Source: a virus. From it: a stretch of DNA of 64,000 nt. Shown one piece after another: positions 56,740 through 64,000 of the stretch. The first letter of the stretch is position 1; each line of letters begins with the position of its first letter. The notes beneath the pieces were generated by a model. That model did not search any database. It was not told the origin of the DNA and saw only the letters and a list, made by a program, of their open reading frames with translations. The position numbers and the translations under genes are program-made. The stretch lies in IMG/VR virus record IMGVR_UViG_3300021957_000004; one strand, given 5' to 3'.

Positions 56740-59700
56740 TGGCCGAAAATAAAGAAACCAGAATATTAAAATCAAGTTCCATTGAAGAACTCAGACAAAA
56801 GTCTAATGAGATTTCCTTTGGATTAGGGGATAAAACTTTATTAGATTCAGATATATCTGATAAGGTATTTAGTCATACGGCAGCAGCTGGTGATTATTTA
56901 GTTTCTCCTGCAACTACAAGGTTTGAATATAAACCTGAAGAGACAATTGATAATACTGCAGGATATATCCTTTTAACTGGAAGTCCTACGGTTGGTGCAG
57001 GTTTTTCAGCAGGTTCAGCGGTCACACAAAGTGGAGGATATTCCGCTACTATAGTAAGTGCTTCTACTAATAAAATTCTTGTAAAGAACTCCAGTGGAAC
57101 ATTTAGTTCTAGTTCTACATTAACAGCTGGTTCAAGTACAATTGCAGGTTCTGCTATTCGAAGCTTAGTTGCTGAATCATACAAAAAAGCAGAAGTAATT
57201 GTAAAAGTAGGATCAACAGTTTATACCCAAGACTCTACCTCTACTACTGGATTTCATATACCAAATCATGCAGGATCAGTCACACTTACTGGAAGTCCTG
57301 ATGTATCGGATTTTGAAGAAGGCGCAGTTGCATATCAAGGATCAAACCTTGCAAATGCTACTTGGCAAGGAACAATTTTAGATTGTTCTTCTACATTATT
57401 AAGAACAAAAACAGTTTCTGGTTCATTTAGCGCATCAACACAAATAAAAGTTGATGGTGGTACAGATACAATTGCAGGATCAAACCATGGCGATATAACA
57501 AACGAAGATGTAACATTTGGAAAACTTATTGAATTTAATACTCCGTTAAGTGTAAATGATGCAGTTGTAATTACATCAACAAATTTAGTAGATGCTATTA
57601 ACGAAGTACAAGATGATATTGGTACAATCAGTTCATTAGCTTCTGGTATATCAAATAGAACAGACTTAGTAAATGCTACCAACTCTCTTAAAACAGAAAT
57701 CGGTACAGCTTCTCTAGACACATCAGCAAATTCATTAAGAGGTGCAGTTAATGAACTACACACAGAAATAGTTTCTAATGATACAGATATTGCTACAATC
57801 AATACTAAGCTTGGAACAATTACAGCAGGAGCATTTGGAACGACAGCATCGACAGTAAGTACTGCAATCGCAGAATTACATACTGACGTAGATGCTAGAT
57901 TGATGTTAACGAAAGGAACATCACAAACAATTAATGGTAATATATCATTTAGTAACGGTAAAACATTTACATTCCCATCGGGATCTACACTAGATATAAG
58001 ACAAGGTTCTATATTAACTGGATCTGGTGGTGGTGAATTAACATTTGATACCGCATTCTTAACCCTGATAGCTAATGATACAACAGCAGCTGTTAACCAA
58101 TTTGGTCTGGAAGGACGAAGAGTTGGTTCAGGTAAAGATGTAAGAATACAATTTAATGAAACCCAAGTCACTGGAAACAAAGAAGCAAGAGCATGGCAGT
58201 TACAAGGATTAGATGATTCTAATGCTTCAAACACTGCCGATATAGTTACATTCTATAATGCTAAAGAATTAGTTTCCAGTAATACAGAAACAGGTATTGA
58301 TGTAACATGGGATTCAACAAATCAAAACTTTGATTTTGCTTTATCAGCAGATCCAACTATTACATTGGCTGGCGATTTAGGTGGAACAGCAACATTAACT
58401 AATTTAACAAGTGCTACATTAACAGCAACTATTCAGGCTGGTTCAGTTGAGAATAGTATGTTAGCTGGTGGTATTACTAATGCTAATTTAGCTGGTAGTA
58501 TTGCAAATGCTAAATTAGCTAATCCAAGTATTACAGTAAGTGATGGATCAAATACAAGTCCAGTTGCTTTAGGTGGAACATTAACATTCGCAGGAACATC
58601 AGGCGAAGTAACGGTAGCAGAAAATGCTGGAACAGTTACAGTTGGATTACCTGATAACGTAACAGTTGGTGGTAACTTAACAATTACTGGTAACTTAGAT
58701 GTTAACGGAACACAAACAACTATTAATACATCAACATTAGAAATAGATGATACATTAGTATTAATGGGAGCTTCAAATTCAGAACCAACAACAGGTGGTT
58801 TCGGTTTAGAAACAAGAAGCTTCACGGGCGTAGGCACGCACTCGAATAATGCAGCAAACGTAACTGGTTCACACTCTATTGTATATAACTTTGCAACAGA
58901 TAGATGGGAAGCAGATGGTTCATTAATATTATCAAGTGCTACCCAAGGTGCACCTAAAATTGAAGGACAGTTATTTGAATCCAATGATAATTTACAATTC
59001 TCAGCTGGCTCAGGTTTAACCGAATCAGTTTCAGTATCAGGTCTTAACACAACCGTTACATATACAAACTCAGATAAAGGTTCTGATGTAATGACCTTTA
59101 AAAATGTAGCTTCAAGTTCAGGTACTGCGGTTGCAGATAATAATACTGACACACTTACTATACTAGGTGGTAATGATTTATCAACATCAGTAAGTGGAGA
59201 CACATTAACGATTCAACATGATAACTCGGGCGCAAATGCAGGAAGTTATGGAGCACAACATACTGTTCCAAGCATTACAGTAGATGCAAGAGGTCACGTA
59301 ACAAGTATTTCTAATAATAGTGCAATCACACTTTCTTCATTAGGTTATACAGGTCAAACAAACGCAAATAATTATTCATTTAATATTGACGGTGATAGTG
59401 GAACATCTAACGTTATATCCTCTGGAGAAACATTTGAGATAGAAGGTGGAACTCACTGTTCAACCGTAGTTGAATCTAACAAAATTATTATTAATTCTGT
59501 AAATACCGAATATGACACATCCACTGGGTTAACAGATAATAACTTTACAAATGCATTAAAAACTAAACTAGATAATATAGCAGGCAGTGCGAATAACTAT
59601 TCATTTTTAATTGGGTGTAATGGAACAAGTGGAACTTCTACAATAAACAATGGTAATACTTTAACTGTTAATGGTGCAGGAGCAACCAGTGTTACTAGAT

Positions 59701-60395
59701 CGGGTGATGCATTCACTATTACTTCTACAAATAATACATATACAAGTTCAAGTTTTACTATTACCGATCTATCTGGATTCCCTGGAGGATCTACGGGATT
59801 CTTAAGAGCAGACGGATCATTCCAAACACCAAATTATCCAAGCGTACCAGGTGTTGGTGATAATGGATTAACACAAAAGAACTTTACAACCACTTTATTT
59901 AATAAACTAAACGGTATAACTGGAGGAGCAACAGCAAATACAGGTACAGTTACAAATGTAACCGGATCAAATGGTATAAGTGTATCAAGTGGAACAACAA
60001 CTCCTGGTATAAGCTTAGCTGGAACTTATTCTGGAACATGGGCAGTTTCGGGAGCGATTACAGCTACAGGTGATATTACATCATCCGTTTCTGATTCTCA
60101 ATTAAAAGACAGAAAAGCTAATATTGATAATGCATTAGAAAAAGTAGAACAAATAAATGGATTCTATTTTAATTACAATGATACAGCAGTAGAACTACTA
60201 GATGCAGATAAAGAAGAGATGCAAGTTGGTGTATCAGCTCAGGAAATAGCTAAAGTAATGCCAGAGGTAGTTAAACCAGCACCAATAAATCCAGAGAAAT
60301 ATAAAACAGTACAATATGAAAGATTAGTACCGTTATTGATAGAAGCAATAAAAGAGTTAAATGCTGAAATCAAAGAACTAAAAAAGCATAAATAA
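56739..60395 (+). CDS. Tail fibre with C-terminal intramolecular chaperone (peptidase S74)
   Basis: T/S/G-rich repeats; LV.AINE coiled segments; SDSQLK...GVSAQEI..VMPEVV...V.YE.LVPLLIEAIKEL. Confidence 0.85.
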   Translation: MAENKETRILKSSSIEELRQKSNEISFGLGDKTLLDSDISDKVFSHTAAAGDYLVSPATTRFEYKPEETIDNTAGYILLTGSPTVGAGFSAGSAVTQSGGYSATIVSASTNKILVKNSSGTFSSSSTLTAGSSTIAGSAIRSLVAESYKKAEVIVKVGSTVYTQDSTSTTGFHIPNHAGSVTLTGSPDVSDFEEGAVAYQGSNLANATWQGTILDCSSTLLRTKTVSGSFSASTQIKVDGGTDTIAGSNHGDITNEDVTFGKLIEFNTPLSVNDAVVITSTNLVDAINEVQDDIGTISSLASGISNRTDLVNATNSLKTEIGTASLDTSANSLRGAVNELHTEIVSNDTDIATINTKLGTITAGAFGTTASTVSTAIAELHTDVDARLMLTKGTSQTINGNISFSNGKTFTFPSGSTLDIRQGSILTGSGGGELTFDTAFLTLIANDTTAAVNQFGLEGRRVGSGKDVRIQFNETQVTGNKEARAWQLQGLDDSNASNTADIVTFYNAKELVSSNTETGIDVTWDSTNQNFDFALSADPTITLAGDLGGTATLTNLTSATLTATIQAGSVENSMLAGGITNANLAGSIANAKLANPSITVSDGSNTSPVALGGTLTFAGTSGEVTVAENAGTVTVGLPDNVTVGGNLTITGNLDVNGTQTTINTSTLEIDDTLVLMGASNSEPTTGGFGLETRSFTGVGTHSNNAANVTGSHSIVYNFATDRWEADGSLILSSATQGAPKIEGQLFESNDNLQFSAGSGLTESVSVSGLNTTVTYTNSDKGSDVMTFKNVASSSGTAVADNNTDTLTILGGNDLSTSVSGDTLTIQHDNSGANAGSYGAQHTVPSITVDARGHVTSISNNSAITLSSLGYTGQTNANNYSFNIDGDSGTSNVISSGETFEIEGGTHCSTVVESNKIIINSVNTEYDTSTGLTDNNFTNALKTKLDNIAGSANNYSFLIGCNGTSGTSTINNGNTLTVNGAGATSVTRSGDAFTITSTNNTYTSSSFTITDLSGFPGGSTGFLRADGSFQTPNYPSVPGVGDNGLTQKNFTTTLFNKLNGITGGATANTGTVTNVTGSNGISVSSGTTTPGISLAGTYSGTWAVSGAITATGDITSSVSDSQLKDRKANIDNALEKVEQINGFYFNYNDTAVELLDADKEEMQVGVSAQEIAKVMPEVVKPAPINPEKYKTVQYERLVPLLIEAIKELNAEIKELKKHK

Positions 60396-60414
60396 AAGAC
60401 ATAAGGTAAATTAA

Positions 60415-60750
60415 ATGGCAGTTTATTCGAACATGACAATCGACCAAGGAACAGATTTTAGTTCTGCAATCGATGTAACGGATGCAGATGGTGATGCAGT
60501 TAATTTGACAGGCTATACAGTTAAAGGTCAAATTAGAAAATCATATACATCTAGTACTGCGGTTGATTTAACTTGTGCAGTTTCAAATGCAGCAGCTGGA
60601 ATTATCAGCATTGCATTAACAGCAGCGCAGTCAAATGCGATGAAATACGGACGTTATCTCTACGATGTAGAAATGACAAGTTCCGGAGGGGCTAAAACAA
60701 GAGTTTTAGAAGGGCAAGTAGAAATTACACCTGGAGTTACGCAGATATAA
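60415..60750 (+). CDS. Virion structural/adaptor protein
   Basis: IDQGTDF, NLTGYT..GQIRKSY, GRYLYDVE, RVLEG...ITPGVT. Confidence 0.75.
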   Translation: MAVYSNMTIDQGTDFSSAIDVTDADGDAVNLTGYTVKGQIRKSYTSSTAVDLTCAVSNAAAGIISIALTAAQSNAMKYGRYLYDVEMTSSGGAKTRVLEGQVEITPGVTQI

Positions 60751-60965
60751 TGGCAAACTTAAAGGCAAAGATTCGATCTAATCCTAATAAGATTGTTGCA
60801 CAAACCCTAAAAATAGGTAACGTATCTTTGGCGGATTTAACCGACGTAGATACAGGGAATCTAGCAGATGGAGCAATGATCCAGTATAATGCTGGAACGA
60901 GTAAATTTAAAATGACAAACAGTTTAGATGGTAACAATCTAATTATAAATTCAGGAACATACTAA
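60750..60965 (+). CDS. Small fibre-associated protein
   Basis: LADLTDVD...DGA.IQYN; ends SGTY. Confidence 0.65.
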   Translation: MANLKAKIRSNPNKIVAQTLKIGNVSLADLTDVDTGNLADGAMIQYNAGTSKFKMTNSLDGNNLIINSGTY

Positions 60966-60966
60966 T

Positions 60967-62508
60967 ATGGCAGCTTTAACAAGAATTAAAATATTAAATA
61001 CCGCGTCCACAAGTTCGGCGCCAACTAATATTTACACAGGGGAAATGGCGTATTCTTACGTTACTGGAACCCAAGCAAATAATGGAGACAGGTTATACAT
61101 TGGTACTGGTACTGAGAACCCATACGCTCCAAACGTAGACATTATCGGTGGTAAATACTTTACCGAAATGTTAAATCACGTACACGGTACGACAACAGCA
61201 TCGAGTGCATTAATTACAGATGCTAACTCTCATGTTAGTGCTTTAAATACAGCAACATTTAAAGTTGCAGCTACAGGGTCATTAGGATCTGCAGTTGGTA
61301 TTACCAGTATCTTAGATGAAGATAATTTAGCTTCTGATAGTGCTACAGCACTTGCTACTCAACAGTCAATTAAGGCTTACGTTGATACAATTGTAGATGC
61401 ACAAGACTTAGATATTACTACGGATTCAGGTACAATAGCAATTGACCTTGATGATGAAACATTAACCATTTCAGGTGATACAGGTATATCAACAACTGCT
61501 AGTGGAAACGCTATTGAAATAGATCTAGATGATACAGCAGTAACAGCAGGATCTTACGGTTCACAAACAGCTATACCAACATTCACAGTTGATCAACAAG
61601 GTCGATTAACAGCTGCTTCAACAGTAACAGTTGCTACAGCATTAACAGTAGATGGTGATTCAGGAACAGGCGATGTATCCTTATTAACAGATGATTTAAG
61701 AATCGTTGGTACAGCTCAAGAAGTTACAACAGCGGTAGCTAAATCAGGTACAGACGTAACGGTCACCGTTGGTTTACCAAATGACGTTACTATTGGATCA
61801 GATTTAACAGTTACAGATAACTTAGTTGTTAACGGGAACGTAACATTAGGTAATGCTACATCAGACACAGTTCAAACTGGCGGTAATTTAACAGTTGGTG
61901 GTGATCTTACAGTTAACGGTACAACAACATCAGTTAACTCAACTACTACTACTTTAACAGATCCAGTTATTGAATTAGCTAAAGATACTTCTGCAGCAGA
62001 TGGTCTTGATCGTGGTGTTAGTTTCAAATGGCATAACGGTTCAGCAGTTAAAACAGGTTTCTTTGGATTTGATATACAAACTCAAAGGTTCTCCTTCACT
62101 AACGATGAAGATCTATCAGGTGGAGATAATGCTTCCTCACCATGGCATGATGCACAATTCGGTGGAGTTTACGCAGGTAATGTCCAAGTTGGTATTACAG
62201 GCGATAATGAGATCGATACAACCTCTGGCAATTTAACAATTGATTCAGCTGGTGGTACAACAACTATTGATGATATATTAACCGTAACAGGTGCAGCATC
62301 AGCAGCTAGTTTAACACTTACAACAGATTTAGCAGTAGCACATGGTGGTACTGGATTAAGTTCATTCACTGGTAAAGGTGTATTTACATCTAACTCTGGT
62401 GGTACAGCAATTGATTTTGTTACATCTTCTGCAGAAGGTGCAATAATGCAGTTTAATAGTTCTGGTGTACCTATTGCTTCTGTCATCGTAGATGGTGGAA
62501 CATACTAA
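60967..62508 (+). CDS. Tail fibre protein
   Basis: GE.AYS N-terminal module, ATQQSIKAYVD, VTAGSYG...TVDQQGRLT, ends DGGTY. Confidence 0.8.
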   Translation: MAALTRIKILNTASTSSAPTNIYTGEMAYSYVTGTQANNGDRLYIGTGTENPYAPNVDIIGGKYFTEMLNHVHGTTTASSALITDANSHVSALNTATFKVAATGSLGSAVGITSILDEDNLASDSATALATQQSIKAYVDTIVDAQDLDITTDSGTIAIDLDDETLTISGDTGISTTASGNAIEIDLDDTAVTAGSYGSQTAIPTFTVDQQGRLTAASTVTVATALTVDGDSGTGDVSLLTDDLRIVGTAQEVTTAVAKSGTDVTVTVGLPNDVTIGSDLTVTDNLVVNGNVTLGNATSDTVQTGGNLTVGGDLTVNGTTTSVNSTTTTLTDPVIELAKDTSAADGLDRGVSFKWHNGSAVKTGFFGFDIQTQRFSFTNDEDLSGGDNASSPWHDAQFGGVYAGNVQVGITGDNEIDTTSGNLTIDSAGGTTTIDDILTVTGAASAASLTLTTDLAVAHGGTGLSSFTGKGVFTSNSGGTAIDFVTSSAEGAIMQFNSSGVPIASVIVDGGTY

Positions 62509-62597
62509 TTATAAATAGTATTATAACACATTAATATGTGTTTGTAAACATTTTTATTAATTTCTCTATATAGAGATTGAACATATAGGAGCCAAAA

Positions 62598-64000
62598 TTG
62601 GCACGTAAAACGAACATACAACTGAGGCGTTCAGCAACAGCTGGAGGCATTCCAACTACAAGTAATCTAGACTTAGGTGAATTAGCGCTTAATACCTACG
62701 ACGGTAAAGCGTATATGAAGACCACGGAGTCTTCTCTTGATAGTATAATTCAGATTGGCTCCGCAACAGATACTTATCATAAGATAAGAAAAGGTAATAC
62801 AATAACTATTACCGTCACCGTTGCTACAAAAACAACATCGCACCCACATCATGGATCTGGTTCAAGCTCAGCATACTTTTTAAATGGTATTGAATCACCT
62901 CATTTCCATATGGTTCCTGGGAACACATATAAGTTTGATCAAGCAGATAGTTCCAACTCTGGTCATCCATTAAGATTCTATTATGAAGCAAATAAATCAA
63001 CTGCTTATAGTACAGGTATTACGACATCTGGAACGCCAGGAAGTTCAGGCGCGCATACAACTATTGTACCTACTGATGCTACTCCAATGGTATTACATTA
63101 CCAATGTTCAGCACATGGATATATGGGTGGTAGATCAGATTATGCTACAAGAAACTTTACTGGATTTAATACAGGTGATTTAGCAGAAGGGACAAATCTA
63201 TATTACACAGACGCTAGAGCAAGAGCCTCAATTAGTGTAAGTGGAGATTTATCCTATAATAGTTCAACAGGTGTTATATCTTTTACAGAAACAACAGCAG
63301 CTACAACTCGTGCATTAATATCAGTCACAGATGCTGGTGGAGATGGTTCATTAGCATATAATAACACCACGGGCGTGATCACGTACACGGGTCCGAGCGC
63401 GAGCGAGGTGCGAGCGCACATCTCCGCGGGTACGGGCGTAACAGTTTCTAATGGTGCTATATCAATAGGACAAGCAGTTGCAACAACTTCTGATGTAACC
63501 TTTAATGATTTACAAGTAGATGGTAATACAATCATCACTGGTAACTTAACGGTTAATGGAACAAGTACAACTTTAAATGTTGCAACATTAGATGTAGAAG
63601 ATTTAAATATAACAGTTGGTAAAGCAGCAACAACAAGTTCAGCAACTAACGGCGCAGGACTTACATTTGGTGCTTGGTCTTCAGGTACTATACCTACATT
63701 TACATGGGATCATGCTAACCAAAGATTTGCAGCTAACTATGCTATTGCAGCTAATATTACAGGTGCATTAACAGGTAATGCAGATACAGCTACTACATTA
63801 GCTACAGCAAGAACTATATCAGGTGTATCATTTAATGGTTCAGCTAATATAACACTAAACACTTCTGCAATAACAGAAAATACTAATCTATACTATACCA
63901 ATGCTCGAGCAGATGCTAGAATTGCAGCGGCAAGTTTACTAGATTTAAGTGATGTTGGTTCTGACGGAACAAACGGTCAAGTACTAACAACAGATGGTAG
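62598..64000 (+). CDS. Long tail fibre protein, 3'-truncated (not in ORF track)
   Basis: AGGAG RBS, TTG start, MARKTNIQLRRS...GELALNTYDGK; HPLRF...YQCSAHGYMG; EGTNLYYTDARA repeats; TATAAATA at 62510. Confidence 0.85.
   Translation, partial: MARKTNIQLRRSATAGGIPTTSNLDLGELALNTYDGKAYMKTTESSLDSIIQIGSATDTYHKIRKGNTITITVTVATKTTSHPHHGSGSSSAYFLNGIESPHFHMVPGNTYKFDQADSSNSGHPLRFYYEANKSTAYSTGITTSGTPGSSGAHTTIVPTDATPMVLHYQCSAHGYMGGRSDYATRNFTGFNTGDLAEGTNLYYTDARARASISVSGDLSYNSSTGVISFTETTAATTRALISVTDAGGDGSLAYNNTTGVITYTGPSASEVRAHISAGTGVTVSNGAISIGQAVATTSDVTFNDLQVDGNTIITGNLTVNGTSTTLNVATLDVEDLNITVGKAATTSSATNGAGLTFGAWSSGTIPTFTWDHANQRFAANYAIAANITGALTGNADTATTLATARTISGVSFNGSANITLNTSAITENTNLYYTNARADARIAAASLLDLSDVGSDGTNGQVLTTDG
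63363..63437. other. CpG-dense synonymous patch inside the tail fibre gene
   Basis: 22 of 25 codons end in G/C. Confidence 0.8.

Noticed and set aside
57335-59203. Long minus-strand ORFs (299 and 256 aa)
   Set aside because: Shadows of the Thr/Ser/Gly-rich fibre gene, whose codon bias leaves the reverse frame free of stops
9507-63437. Strict 5-kb periodicity of the CpG patches
   Set aside because: Some gaps are near 5 or 10 kb, but others are about 2 and 17 kb; periodicity needs weak patches to be counted, so it is not claimed
1-64000. Alternative genetic code, CRISPR array, tRNA genes, integrase or transposase
   Set aside because: Known genes are full length in the standard code with all three stops used; no repeat-spacer array, cloverleaf or recombinase motif seen by eye (tRNAscan not run)

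Overview
AT-rich (roughly one-third G+C by eye) 64-kb segment of a large T4-like myovirus of the marine type, probably infecting a Gram-negative proteobacterium. Left to right: (1) a cluster of charged proteins with T4 capsid-targeting-like N-termini (1-6.4 kb); (2) Rz/Rz1-like spanins and a lipase; (3) nrdA-nrdB-cytochrome c-glutaredoxin, DNA ligase, RNase H, repair/nuclease genes and a peroxiredoxin; (4) a late block with lysozyme, iscU, iscA and a curli-type secretion/signalling operon (CsgF, CsgG, curlin-like, FecR, curlin-like, CHASE2 adenylate cyclase); (5) small early genes behind T4-early-type promoters, then gp33-gp59-gp32; (6) the tail/baseplate module (tape-measure-like, gp51, gp26, gp54-like, gp2, gp4, gp48, gp53, hub, gp5, gp25, gp6, gp7-like, gp8) and large fibre proteins. 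The most interesting signals lie outside the gene list: CpG-saturated synonymous patches inside AT-rich genes; an intergenic hairpin whose loop is the exact complement of the ribosome-binding site shared by three early operons, while most other promoters appear to give leaderless mRNAs; a probable -1 frameshift fusing gp26 to gp51; and phased GTCAC boxes upstream of early promoters next to the cyclase. All product calls come from motif recognition and synteny; no searches were run.
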